From an uncultured Gemmatimonadales bacterium (GTDB taxonomy: Bacteria; Gemmatimonadota; Gemmatimonadetes; Gemmatimonadales; GWC2-71-9): a stretch of DNA of 64,000 nt. Shown here piece by piece: positions 40,107 through 49,894 of this stretch (its first letter is position 1; every line of letters starts with the position of its first letter). The DNA is taken from NCBI GenBank assembly GCA_963695555.1, contig CAVOGR010000007.1, forward strand, positions 640,001-704,000. Reading direction: 5' to 3'. Under the pieces are notes generated by a model, which searched no databases, was not told the origin of the DNA, and saw nothing but the letters and a program-made list of their open reading frames with translations. The position numbers and the translations under genes are program-made.

Positions 40107-40655
40107 CTAGAGTCGTCGGCCCGCGACCGGCGCCGCACGGTAGTAGTCCCGGATCGAATAGGCCGCCACCAGGGTAGTCAGCCAGGCGAGCGGTCTCAGG
40201 ATGGGCCACTCGCCCAGAAAGGCGAACAGGGTCAGGACCTGGGCGGCGGTGACGGCCTTCCCGCTCCACCGGGCAGGGATGGCCGTCGGCCGATGGGCCG
40301 CCACCGTCCGAACGAACATCACGGTGGCCACGATGTCCCGCAGCAGCACTCCGACGATCTCATACCACGTGAGAGCGCCGGAAAACGCGACCACCCCGAA
40401 GGCCGCGGCCATGAAGAGCTTGTCCGCCACCGGATCGAGCACCAGACCCAGCCGCGACCCGCCCACGTGCCGGGCCAGGAGGCCGTCGAGCAAGTCGCTG
40501 AGCGACGCCACGGCCACGATGACCGCACGCCACACCGGGTTCCCGATCAGCACAAATGCCACCGCCAGCGGTAACCGGATGACCGTGAGCACATCGGCCG
40601 CGGTGAAGCGCCACGTCGCTTGCTGCCCCCGAGGCGCAGGACTACCTTCGGTCAT
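40107..40655 (-). CDS. CDP-alcohol phosphatidyltransferase family protein
   Basis: SDLLDGLLAR..G..LDPVADK. Confidence 0.88.
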   Translation of the reverse strand: MTEGSPAPRGQQATWRFTAADVLTVIRLPLAVAFVLIGNPVWRAVIVAVASLSDLLDGLLARHVGGSRLGLVLDPVADKLFMAAAFGVVAFSGALTWYEIVGVLLRDIVATVMFVRTVAAHRPTAIPARWSGKAVTAAQVLTLFAFLGEWPILRPLAWLTTLVAAYSIRDYYRAAPVAGRRL

Positions 40656-40664
40656 CGCTCACTC

Positions 40665-41141
40665 ATGGGTGTGCCGATCCCGATGCACCTCGACATTCTC
40701 CGCACTACCTCCATCTTCTCCGCCCTCGATGACGGTGAATTGGCACGCGTCGCCGAAACGTGCCAGGAACAAACATATCGAACCGGCCAGAAGATCTTCA
40801 CGGAAGGGGAGGCCGGTGATCGGCTGTTCATGGTTGCCTCCGGCAAGGTCCGGATCAGCCGACTGATCCCCGGATCGGGCGAAGAGGCGCTGGCCGTACT
40901 CCAGCGGGGGGCGTGCTTTGGAGAGATGGCGGTGTTCGACCGGTCGACCCGATCGACCGACGCGATCGCCGAGACCGACTGCACTCTCATCACCATCTCC
41001 CGCGCAGACTTCGAGACCCTGCTCGACTTCAATCGCGACCTTGCCGTCAAGGTGCTGCGGTCGGTCGTGCGCCTGCTGAGCACCCGACTGCGTCAGACGA
41101 ACGACAACCTGCGCGCCTTCCTCGCCATGTCCATGTTCTAG
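40665..41141 (+). CDS. Stand-alone cyclic-nucleotide-binding domain protein
   Basis: IFTEGEAGD, FGEMA..RSTDA; no HTH; start 40665 or 40683. Confidence 0.88.
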   Translation: MGVPIPMHLDILRTTSIFSALDDGELARVAETCQEQTYRTGQKIFTEGEAGDRLFMVASGKVRISRLIPGSGEEALAVLQRGACFGEMAVFDRSTRSTDAIAETDCTLITISRADFETLLDFNRDLAVKVLRSVVRLLSTRLRQTNDNLRAFLAMSMF

Positions 41142-41143
41142 CG

Positions 41144-41479
41144 GTGAGCAACACCTTCCGTCAACTATGCGTGGAGCTCGAGGGCATTCCCGGAGCGACA
41201 CTCGGTGACCAAGCCGGACTTTCCGGCGTCGTGATTGCGGCAGCCGCGGCCATCGGACTGTCGCCCTATGGAGCCCCGCTCGCACGGTCGGGACCGCGCG
41301 GCACGGTGGTGGCCGTGCTGTGCCACGGAGGACACGTGGTACTCCACGCGCTCCCGGAACAGAGTATGTGTCTGGTCGATATCGTCGCCGGCGGAACGCA
41401 GCAGATCGAACGCGGCGTCGACGTCATCGCCAAACGGCTGGGAGCCACCAGCCGGCGCTCCTCCGGCGAGCGGCGCTAG
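41144..41479 (+). CDS. S-adenosylmethionine decarboxylase (SpeH)-like protein lacking the catalytic residues
   Basis: GPRGTVVAVLCHGGHVVLHALPE..LVDIVAG aligns by eye with PxGxSxxxLLAESHxSxHTWPE..xDxFTCG. Confidence 0.6.
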   Translation: MSNTFRQLCVELEGIPGATLGDQAGLSGVVIAAAAAIGLSPYGAPLARSGPRGTVVAVLCHGGHVVLHALPEQSMCLVDIVAGGTQQIERGVDVIAKRLGATSRRSSGERR

Positions 41480-44100
41480 TGCCCGCCGACACCCCGCACG
41501 ATTCCGATCGCGAGACGGCCAGGGTCTAGAAACGACGCGGCCATGGCACGGATGTCTTCCGCGCCGACCGCGCGATAGTCGGGCGCAGGGTCCCCAAGCT
41601 CTTCGAGTCCCTCGCCCGAGAGCCAGGCATCTCGGATTTCCGCCACCACGCTCGCCCCAATCTGGCGCCGCACCTCGGCCTGCCCGGTCACGTAGTTGAT
41701 CGCCTGATCCAGCTCCGCTCCGCCCACCAGCTCGCGGCCGAAGACCCCCAGTTCGTCGAGCATCGCCTGCCGAGCTTCCTCTTCCCGCTCGGGAGACGTC
41801 GCTATGTACCCTGCCAGCGCCCCTGCGTTTCGACGCAGCCAAGGCGTCGCCACCACGGTGTACGCCAACGAGCGCCGCTCCCGCAGCGCTTCGAACAGCC
41901 GCCCGCCCAACCCACTGGCCACGGCGGCCCAGACCTCGGCCACGTGGCGCTGCCTGTCTGGGCGTGACGGACCGGGGAACAAGAAGGCCAGCGCCGACTG
42001 GGCCTTGTCGCGCTCCGAGGTGCGCTCCACGGGTCCATCGTGCACGGCCCAGGGTCCCTCGAGCCCATCACCCGGCCGACCGGCACCCGGCCATGCGTCG
42101 AAGATGGCTGCCAGCTCGCCCAGCGCCCGCTCTGGCTCGAAGTCGCCCACCGCAACCGCGAGCAGCCGAGTCCGCCCGAGCCACTCGCCGTGCCACGACG
42201 CGACGTCCGCGCCCGCGAGCGCCTCCACGGTGGTGGGAAGGCCCACTGACGGGAGGCCATAGCCTCTGTCGGAGAAGGCGCACCGGAAGGCGAGTTGAAA
42301 TGGATAGCGAAACATGTCGTCCGATACCTGCCGCGACTCGGCGAGCAGGACAGTGCGCTCCTCCTCGACCGCCGCCGGCGCGAAACTCGGCTCCGACAGG
42401 GTCCGGCGGAGCAAGAGCGCGGCGGGCGCCAAATGGTCGACGAGCACGGACGTATCGAGTCCACTCCAATCGCTCGAGACCCGCGGCACTACCGCCCCGC
42501 CAAGGCGCTCGAAGGCGAACGCCAAACCGGCTGCATCCATCCCTGCGGCACCTCGCACCACAGAGCGGAGGGTCAAGGCGCCCAGGCCGGCTGCTTCGGG
42601 CGGATCGAACGCGTGGCGCAGCGCATACACCCCAACCGTGGCGAGCGGCGCTCCCGGTTTGCGGCGGACCAACACATCCACTCCTGGAAGTGCCGCGTGA
42701 TACACCGCGTGACGAACTTCGGGCTCGACCACCACCGCAGCCGGAGCCTCGAGATCGAGGTTGGGCGGACTCGTAATCGGCCGAATCGTGACATCGGTGA
42801 ACAGTTGCTCGAGCTCGTCGGCCTGCAGCTCCAGGGTGGCCTCTCTCGGCACCTGTGCCAAGACCGCGAGCTGCGCGGGTCGAAGGTAGCGGGCCGCCGC
42901 CTCGCGCACCTCGTCGGCCGTGACCCCGACGAGCCGGGCATACTGATCATCCAGTACATCCACGTCGCGCAGCGCCTCGGCACCGGCAAGCGCCGAGGCG
43001 CGGCCCTCCATGGGCTCGAACCCGCGGGCCCACCGCATCAGGACCAGGCGGCGCGCCCGTTCGAGGTCGGCCTCGCTCACGCGCTCCTGGCCCAGGCGGC
43101 CGACCGCCTGGGCAATCTGGTCGAGCGCGGGCGCCACATTCTCCGGACGCAGCTCTGCCCCAATGGTGAACATGCCAAGTTCGGTGGGGGCGAAGTGTCC
43201 CGCCGACACCGCCGTCACGAGCCCCCGCTCGCGGAGGGTGCGATACAGCCAGCTGCCCCGTCCGTCCGTCAACACCGCCGCCGCGACGTCGAGGGCGGCG
43301 GCGTCCGGATCGAGCGGCGGTACGCCCGGCCAGCCGCAGAGCAGTTGTGCAAGCGTGATGTCCCCGCGCAACGTCTCGACGCGAAGCCCGGAGTGCGGCG
43401 GCTCGTCGGGAGACGGCTCGAGCGGCACCGTTCGAGACGGCCACGCCGCGTAATGCTCGCGGGCCAGGTCGAGCGCCTCGGCCTCGTCGATGTCGCCAAC
43501 GATGCTCACAATGGTGCGCGACGGAACGTAACGCGACGTGTAGTAGGCCCATACGTCGGCCCGGGTCAGTCGGGAAAGCTGCTCCTCGGTGCCGATCCTC
43601 CACCGCCGGATCCGGTGCCGGTCGAACATCAGGGCGTGGAGTCTTTCGCGCGCCACCGCGGCCGGCGTGTCGAGCTTTCGCTTGGCCTCTTCGATGATGA
43701 CCCGAAGTTCGCGCGTCAATTCGCCTTCATCGATGAGGGCATGCTGCAGCGCGTCCGCCTGGACCCGGAGCCCGGCGGCCAGCGACCGAGCTGGGAGCAC
43801 CGCGTAGTAGATGGTGAAGTCGTAGGAGGTCCCGGCATTGAGATACCCGCCGGCCGCTTTGGTTTGCCGGGCAATCTCTCCGACGCCGCGCGACGGCGTC
43901 CCCTTGAAGAACATGTGCTCCAGCACGTGGGAGATTCCCACCCACTTGTCGGGCTCATCGAAGAACCCCGCCTTCACATGTGTGACGATGCCAACCACCG
44001 GGGCCGACGGATCGCGCTGCACCACGACGGTGAGGCCGTTCGGCAGCACCTCTCGGCGTACGCCGGTAGTCCAGGTGGCGCGCGTCGAGGCGACACTCAT
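41476..44100 (-). CDS. M16 family zinc peptidase (two-module)
   Basis: LPNGLTV, GISHVLEHMFFKGT (HxxEH), RLFEALRERRSLAY. Confidence 0.92.
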   Translation of the reverse strand: MSVASTRATWTTGVRREVLPNGLTVVVQRDPSAPVVGIVTHVKAGFFDEPDKWVGISHVLEHMFFKGTPSRGVGEIARQTKAAGGYLNAGTSYDFTIYYAVLPARSLAAGLRVQADALQHALIDEGELTRELRVIIEEAKRKLDTPAAVARERLHALMFDRHRIRRWRIGTEEQLSRLTRADVWAYYTSRYVPSRTIVSIVGDIDEAEALDLAREHYAAWPSRTVPLEPSPDEPPHSGLRVETLRGDITLAQLLCGWPGVPPLDPDAAALDVAAAVLTDGRGSWLYRTLRERGLVTAVSAGHFAPTELGMFTIGAELRPENVAPALDQIAQAVGRLGQERVSEADLERARRLVLMRWARGFEPMEGRASALAGAEALRDVDVLDDQYARLVGVTADEVREAAARYLRPAQLAVLAQVPREATLELQADELEQLFTDVTIRPITSPPNLDLEAPAAVVVEPEVRHAVYHAALPGVDVLVRRKPGAPLATVGVYALRHAFDPPEAAGLGALTLRSVVRGAAGMDAAGLAFAFERLGGAVVPRVSSDWSGLDTSVLVDHLAPAALLLRRTLSEPSFAPAAVEEERTVLLAESRQVSDDMFRYPFQLAFRCAFSDRGYGLPSVGLPTTVEALAGADVASWHGEWLGRTRLLAVAVGDFEPERALGELAAIFDAWPGAGRPGDGLEGPWAVHDGPVERTSERDKAQSALAFLFPGPSRPDRQRHVAEVWAAVASGLGGRLFEALRERRSLAYTVVATPWLRRNAGALAGYIATSPEREEEARQAMLDELGVFGRELVGGAELDQAINYVTGQAEVRRQIGASVVAEIRDAWLSGEGLEELGDPAPDYRAVGAEDIRAMAASFLDPGRLAIGIVRGVGGH

Positions 44101-44169
44101 GCCGGGCTCGGGAGCGTTGTGGTGGGGATCATGATTCGACGGGCTGGAGGGCGGTGCCGGGACGGCGCC

Positions 44170-45288
44170 TCACCGAATGATGCGCAGCACGCCGGCCCGT
44201 GCGCTTCCGCGGATGAACGCCTCGGCGTCGGTCAGCGGGATTACGACACCGGTCTCGGCGCGCCCGCGTCGGGCCACGCTGGCCATGAACTCGCCCATCG
44301 AGACGGCGGCCAGCTCTCCGTCCGCGGATTTCATCTGCACCAGGATCTCGTCCCACGTGCCCTTGAACAGGTGACCGGCCAATGTGGCCACGATGTGGGA
44401 ATCTCCCGGACTGCCGCGGCGCAGCATGCTCTGGGGGTCCGTCACCAATGCCCCGAAGAGTTCGAGTTGGTGGGGGTTGCGAATCGAGCCGTCGGGCTGC
44501 TGCGATTCGAGCTCGGCCAGCAGGATGTCGATGTCCTCGCGTTCCCCGGCAACGCCGGCCAGGCGCTCGAGCCACGGCCGGAGCGAAGGATCGCCGTCCG
44601 TCAACCGACGACAGGTCTTCTTCAGGTCGATGGTCCGCCACAGGGACAGTTCGTCATAATGATCGTCCGGAATCGTTTGCTCGAAATGATGCAGCGCGGC
44701 GTCCGACTCGCCGCGATCGTACAGCAGATTGGCGAGGTAGATCCGGGCCTCCGCATGATGCGATTCGAGTGCGAGGGCTCGCCGCAGCCAGAAGAAGGCG
44801 GCACCCTCCCGCCCGAGCCGGTGCGACACATAGCCAACACACGCCGAGGCGTCCGCCGAGTCGGGATGGGCCGTCACCCCGTACTCGAAATACCGAAGGG
44901 CCTGGGCCACCAACCCGTCGCGAAACAGCGCCCGCCCAATCTGCAGCATCAAGTCGTGATCGTCACGGAAGCCCAACTCGAGCACTCGCTCAAAATGCTC
45001 CAACGCGTCGGTGCGCTGCCCCAGCTGGAGCAACACCTCGCCGTAGCCGGCCAGGGCGTCCTCGTGATCGGGATCGAGTCCCAACGCGCGTCGGAAGCTC
45101 TGCCGCGCCCACGCATATTCCTCGCGCACGAGATACGCGTAGGACATCCCAACATGAAGCTCGGTGGCGTGCGGATAGAGCCCGGTGCCTTCCTTGAGAA
45201 GACCTAGGGCATCGTCATAGCGTCCTTCGTTGTACAGTCGGTGGGCCAGTTCATCGTATTCGTCGGAGCTCATGAAGCGAGCCGACAT
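44170..45288 (-). CDS. Tetratricopeptide repeat protein
   Basis: Repeated A..F..AL.LDP helical pattern; GGAGG RBS. Confidence 0.85.
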   Translation of the reverse strand: MSARFMSSDEYDELAHRLYNEGRYDDALGLLKEGTGLYPHATELHVGMSYAYLVREEYAWARQSFRRALGLDPDHEDALAGYGEVLLQLGQRTDALEHFERVLELGFRDDHDLMLQIGRALFRDGLVAQALRYFEYGVTAHPDSADASACVGYVSHRLGREGAAFFWLRRALALESHHAEARIYLANLLYDRGESDAALHHFEQTIPDDHYDELSLWRTIDLKKTCRRLTDGDPSLRPWLERLAGVAGEREDIDILLAELESQQPDGSIRNPHQLELFGALVTDPQSMLRRGSPGDSHIVATLAGHLFKGTWDEILVQMKSADGELAAVSMGEFMASVARRGRAETGVVIPLTDAEAFIRGSARAGVLRIIR

Positions 45289-45548
45289 CGGCAGGGCCTC
45301 CGTGGTGGTGTTTGCAAAGGTAGGAGCATCCGAAGAGACGAGCAAGAGAGTGGAGCAGACCGAAGTCGGAAAGTGGGAGGTCGGTTCTCATATGGCGGGT
45401 ATGCGACAGGATACCCACCTGTGCAGTAAGCGGTGGTCGCCGTAGCGTGCCGCGACGCGCAAACGTCGGAGTCATCTGATTGGGGCAAGGAAGGCCATAG
45501 TCCGGCTGCCGAGCGAAGCCACACGCTCGGGTGTGCCGAATCGCTCAG

Positions 45549-47177
45549 TTACTCCGACTCCATGTACGGATATCGATAATCCTTGGGCGGATCGAAGGTC
45601 TCCTTGATGGTTTGGGGCGAAATCCACCGCAGTAGATTGAATGTCGACCCTGCCTTGTCGTTGGTGCCGCTCGCCCGGCCACCTCCGAAGGGCTGCTGGC
45701 CAACGACGGCGCCGGTCGGCTTGTCGTTGACGTAGAAGTTGCCGGCGGCGAAGCGGAGCGCCCGGCTGGCCTCGAGGACGGCTCCCCGATCCTGGGCAAA
45801 GACGGCGCCGGTGAGGGCGTACGGGCTGGTCCGGTCCGTGAGGGCAAGCATGTCCGCCCACGCGGCATCGGGATAGACGTACACCGTCAGCACCGGACCG
45901 AACATCTCCTCGCACATGGCCACATTGGCGGGGTCGTCGACCCGGAGCAGCGTCGGCTGGATGAAGTAGCCCTCGCTGTCGTCGGATCCGCCGCCCGCCA
46001 CTACCTCGACCTTCGGGTCTTGCTTGGCGGCCGCGATGTACGTGGTGATGCTGGTGAACGCCTTCCGGTCGATCACCGCACCCATGAAGGTTTGGAAATC
46101 GGCCACGTCGCCCATCCGGATGTCCGCGATCATATCGGTGACTCGTTCGCGCACGGCCGGCCAAATCGACTTCGGGATGTACGCCCGCGAGGCGGCACTG
46201 CATTTCTGGCCCTGGTATTCATAGGCCCCCCGCACCATCGCCACGGCGAGCGCGTCGACATCCGCACTCGCATGGGCCACGATGAAATCCTTCCCTCCGG
46301 TCTCACCGACCAGCCGGGGATAGCTCGCGTAATCCGAGAGATGCTCTGACACGGTGCGCCACAGCATCCGGAAGACGCCGGTCGACCCGGTGAAGTGGAT
46401 ACCGGCCAGGTGGCGGTGCGCGAGCACCTGCTTCGTAATCGCCCCGGAATTCCCGGACACAAAGTTGATGACGCCGGGCGGCAGCCCGGCCTCTTCCAGA
46501 ATCTTGAACAGGTAGTAGTTGCTCAGCGTCGCGGTCCGCGCCGGCTTCCAGAACACCACGTTGCCGAGAATGGCGGGGGCCGTGGGAAGATTGCCGCCGA
46601 TGGAAGTGAAGTTGAACGGCGTGATGGCGTATACGAACCCTTCCAGCGGGCGATAGTCCATCCGGTTCCACACCCCGGGGCCCGACGTCGGCTGCGCTGC
46701 GAGCAGTCGTTCGGCGAAATACACGTTGAACCGCAGGAAGTCGATCATCTCGCAGGCGCTGTCGATCTCCGCCTGATGGGACGTCTTGCTCTGGCCCAAC
46801 ATCGTCGCCGCGTTGACGGTCTGCCGCCACGGTCCGGCCAACAACTCGGCCGCCTTGAGAAAGACCGCCGCCCGATCCGAGAACGACCACCGTGCCCACT
46901 CGCGTTGCGCCTCCACGGCGCTGGTGATCGCGGACGCGATGGTTGCCTCGTCCGCTTCGTGCACCGTGGCGAGCACGTGACGGAGATTGTGCGGCGCGAC
47001 GACGTCCCGGGTGGTGCTCGAACGCACCTCGCGGCCCGCCACGACGCATGGGAGGTCGGCCCGCTCGGCACTCATCCGGGCGAGGACCGCCGTGAGGTCG
47101 GCACGCTCGGGTGTGCCCGGCGCATACGATGAGACCGGCTCGTTGTGCGGAGCTGGGATATTGGGAAAGACGCTCAT
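45549..47177 (-). CDS. pruA: L-glutamate gamma-semialdehyde (P5C) dehydrogenase
   Basis: GETGGKDF, YQGQKCSA, NDKPTGAVVGQQPFGGGRASGTNDK. Confidence 0.95.
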   Translation of the reverse strand: MSVFPNIPAPHNEPVSSYAPGTPERADLTAVLARMSAERADLPCVVAGREVRSSTTRDVVAPHNLRHVLATVHEADEATIASAITSAVEAQREWARWSFSDRAAVFLKAAELLAGPWRQTVNAATMLGQSKTSHQAEIDSACEMIDFLRFNVYFAERLLAAQPTSGPGVWNRMDYRPLEGFVYAITPFNFTSIGGNLPTAPAILGNVVFWKPARTATLSNYYLFKILEEAGLPPGVINFVSGNSGAITKQVLAHRHLAGIHFTGSTGVFRMLWRTVSEHLSDYASYPRLVGETGGKDFIVAHASADVDALAVAMVRGAYEYQGQKCSAASRAYIPKSIWPAVRERVTDMIADIRMGDVADFQTFMGAVIDRKAFTSITTYIAAAKQDPKVEVVAGGGSDDSEGYFIQPTLLRVDDPANVAMCEEMFGPVLTVYVYPDAAWADMLALTDRTSPYALTGAVFAQDRGAVLEASRALRFAAGNFYVNDKPTGAVVGQQPFGGGRASGTNDKAGSTFNLLRWISPQTIKETFDPPKDYRYPYMESE

Positions 47178-47269
47178 GGTCGAACCGCTTGCGGTGCGGG
47201 TGGATGATGCGGGGTTTCAGATTGGGGGGAGATTAGACGCTTTCGATCCGACTGGCAACACTCGCTCCA

Positions 47270-48283
47270 CTACGGTGCACGGAGGTCCACGAACAGGCCC
47301 CGCACGCTCGCCGGCGGGACCCCAGGCCCGCCTGCGACCGGCCGCTCGAGCGGGGTGAGATTCGCCCCCTCCAAAATGGCGCGCCCATCGTCCGAGACGA
47401 TGAACGCGACGAAGGCCGCCGCCACGTCGGGGTGGGGTGCGTCTCGCGGGATGGTGAGCGCATACGCGATCGGGGCGCCTCGAAACTCCAGCGAATCACG
47501 CCCGGCCAAGGTGGCACCGGGTAGACGAACCGTCGCGCTGTGGTACCAGTCCGCCAGCGTAGGGTCGCCCAGCGTCACCTCGGGGGGCAAGGCCACGAAG
47601 GGCAATCCGTGCACCTTGGCCAGCGACGTGTAGGTCCACGCGTAATCCAGCTCGCCGAGCTGAACGAGGGCAATGAGATCGGCGCTCATGCCCCGCATGT
47701 ACCGTGGATCGGCCGCCGCGTTCAGCCGCACTGCGAGCCCGGGCTCCTGGTAGTGACGCTCCGCGAGTTGGAACGCCATGAGTGTGCGGTAGCCCGCCGG
47801 ATCCAACGCCGGATCGGCAAATCCCCAGCGCACGCCGGGGCGCTGGAGCACCCGGTACCAGTTCTGGCCGGTTATCTCGGCTGCCCCCACCGATTCTCTC
47901 GAGTACATCAGCGTCAAGGAGTTGGTCGCGAAGGTGGCATACCAGGTCGCGAATCGTGGAACGAGCAGTTTGGGAATGACGGTATAGTCGGCGACGGCGA
48001 GAACGTCGGGGATCTTCCCCAATTCTGAAAGCTTCCTGGCCGCAGCCAGGCTCCCCGAATTCTCCTGGGCCGGCTTCACCCCTGGGTGCCGACTGGCGAA
48101 CGCACGCAGCAACCGGTTGAACGGCACGGCCAGGCTGCCCGCGTTGTACACCTCGAGCGGACCCGAAACCGGCTCCTGCGCCCCGAGCGGAACGCCCGCA
48201 CCAAACGCCGCAAATAGCGTGAGCCAAAGCCAGCGCAGGCGGCAGGCGGGCCAAATTGCGCGGCTCAGAACTCGACGTGCCAC
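47270..48283 (-). CDS. WtpA-like tungstate/molybdate substrate-binding protein (start uncertain)
   Basis: AGSLAVPF, GSLAAARK, DPALDPAGYR, DYAWTYTS, PIAYALTIP. Confidence 0.78.
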   Translation of the reverse strand: MARRVLSRAIWPACRLRWLWLTLFAAFGAGVPLGAQEPVSGPLEVYNAGSLAVPFNRLLRAFASRHPGVKPAQENSGSLAAARKLSELGKIPDVLAVADYTVIPKLLVPRFATWYATFATNSLTLMYSRESVGAAEITGQNWYRVLQRPGVRWGFADPALDPAGYRTLMAFQLAERHYQEPGLAVRLNAAADPRYMRGMSADLIALVQLGELDYAWTYTSLAKVHGLPFVALPPEVTLGDPTLADWYHSATVRLPGATLAGRDSLEFRGAPIAYALTIPRDAPHPDVAAAFVAFIVSDDGRAILEGANLTPLERPVAGGPGVPPASVRGLFVDLRAP

Positions 48284-49026
48284 GCGACGCTCAAGCCCCG
48301 AGGCCCGGCAGCGACTCCGGGCGGCCGGATCCCGAAGACCCGCCAATGCCCGTTCGCGACCTTGGCGGAGAACACCCCGAGCATGGCACCCGCGGCGACG
48401 TCACTCAACCAATGTTTGTTGTCGTTCATGCGGGACCACGCGACCAATCCTGCCCCGCTGTAGAGCACCGCCGTGGCCCACGGCCGCCGAATTTCGTCCG
48501 ACAACGATGTGGCGATACCGAACGCCACTGACGTGTGACCCGATGGGAAGGCCTGCGCACCACTGAAGGGATGGAAGCTGGTGGCGCTGGTCCCGCTGAG
48601 CGGCCGATCCCGCCCGGTCGCCAGCTTGCCCACCTGGGTCAGGCCGCCGGCGATCGCCAACGTCAGCGCGAGGCGACCCCCCGCCCTGGTCACTCGCGTG
48701 TCGCCGGAGATGAGCCCGGCCGCGACGGTGCCCCCGACGAGGCTGAGGTACACCGCCGGCTCACCAAACGCTCGGACACCTGCCAGGTCATCCAGGGTCG
48801 CGGTTCGGTTGTCCTGCACGAAGTCAGACACCGGGTCGTCGACCACCATCAACAGCGCCGCCCCGCCGAGCACCAGCACCGGCTGCCACCAGCGGATCGT
48901 CGCCGAAGGCTCGGGCAGCCGCTCTGCCTGCGCCCACAGGAGAGCGGGCTGGGCCACGGTCCCCAGCGTCAGGACCAAACAGAGCCAGGCTGTAGGGCAC
49001 CGAGTGAATGGCGGGTGCAGCTGCAT
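48265..49026 (-). CDS. PAP2 family phosphatase
   Basis: KLATGRDRP, FPSGH, SRMNDNKHWLSDV. Confidence 0.88.
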   Translation of the reverse strand: MQLHPPFTRCPTAWLCLVLTLGTVAQPALLWAQAERLPEPSATIRWWQPVLVLGGAALLMVVDDPVSDFVQDNRTATLDDLAGVRAFGEPAVYLSLVGGTVAAGLISGDTRVTRAGGRLALTLAIAGGLTQVGKLATGRDRPLSGTSATSFHPFSGAQAFPSGHTSVAFGIATSLSDEIRRPWATAVLYSGAGLVAWSRMNDNKHWLSDVAAGAMLGVFSAKVANGHWRVFGIRPPGVAAGPRGLSVAWHVEF

Positions 49027-49107
49027 GCGAACCCTTGGTAGATCCCGATCTATACGATACAATTGGAGCATTCTCCTAGCCAATGGCGTCAAACCGGGCA
49101 CCGACTG

Positions 49108-49497
49108 ATGAAGCGCGGATACGCAATCTTAATAGCAGCGGTACTCTTCGGCGGCTGCCGAAGCTACGACCGCTACACTCCGCTGGTCGATCAAGACGGG
49201 CTCATACCGGCCGACCGGTTCGCCCTCTACGGCCACGAGCAGGCCCAGGTGATTGCCATCGGACGGGAGTTCGGCTCGGCGCTCGCCACCAAGTCCGCCG
49301 AGGGGTTCGCGGAGCAGACTGCGGCCGCCGTCGCGTACGCGACATCCTTGCCGGACGTCGTCGCGGTCCAAGCGGACACGATCGGTCACTTGCTGACCGT
49401 CACCTTCCGCAGCGGGTGGCGTACCGCGGTCCTTCCCATTGCGGATGGCAAACGCGGCAGCGAAACCGAGGGCCTGCCGCCCGGCGCCCGCCAATGA
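49108..49497 (+). CDS. Hypothetical lipoprotein
   Basis: MKR + hydrophobic stretch + FGGC lipobox. Confidence 0.7.
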   Translation: MKRGYAILIAAVLFGGCRSYDRYTPLVDQDGLIPADRFALYGHEQAQVIAIGREFGSALATKSAEGFAEQTAAAVAYATSLPDVVAVQADTIGHLLTVTFRSGWRTAVLPIADGKRGSETEGLPPGARQ

Positions 49498-49519
49498 GCG
49501 CAACACCCGGGCCCGCGGC

Positions 49520-49852
49520 GTGACCCAGATCCTGCAGGTTACGACCACGCTCGAAGATCGCGCCGGGGCCGAGCACCTTGCCAACACCCTGGTCCGGGAA
49601 CGGCTCGCGGCCTGCGCCCAAGTGGCAGGCCCCATCACCAGCACCTATTGGTGGAACGGGGAAGTGACCACGACCACCGAATGGTATTGCCATTTCAAGA
49701 CAACCAAGGATCGGTTTCCGGCGCTTCGGGAACGCATCGTTCGGCTGCACCCGGCCTCGGTACCGGAACTGATCGCGCTGCCCGTGTTCGGAGGGCACGC
49801 CGAGTATCTCCAATGGGTGGAGACTGAAGTCCGCGCCGACGCGGCCAAGTAG
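49520..49852 (+). CDS. cutA: Divalent-cation tolerance protein CutA
   Basis: LVRERLAACAQ, STYWWNG, LHP..VPELIALP. Confidence 0.9.
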   Translation: MTQILQVTTTLEDRAGAEHLANTLVRERLAACAQVAGPITSTYWWNGEVTTTTEWYCHFKTTKDRFPALRERIVRLHPASVPELIALPVFGGHAEYLQWVETEVRADAAK

Positions 49853-49894
49853 TCGCTGCCGGGTCCGGCCCGTTCACCCTCTCTCGAAGGTGGG

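Noticed and set aside
49053..49063. TACGATACAAT shared with 54564-54574
   Set aside because: Most simply a common -10-like element (TACAAT); two copies are too few to call an operator
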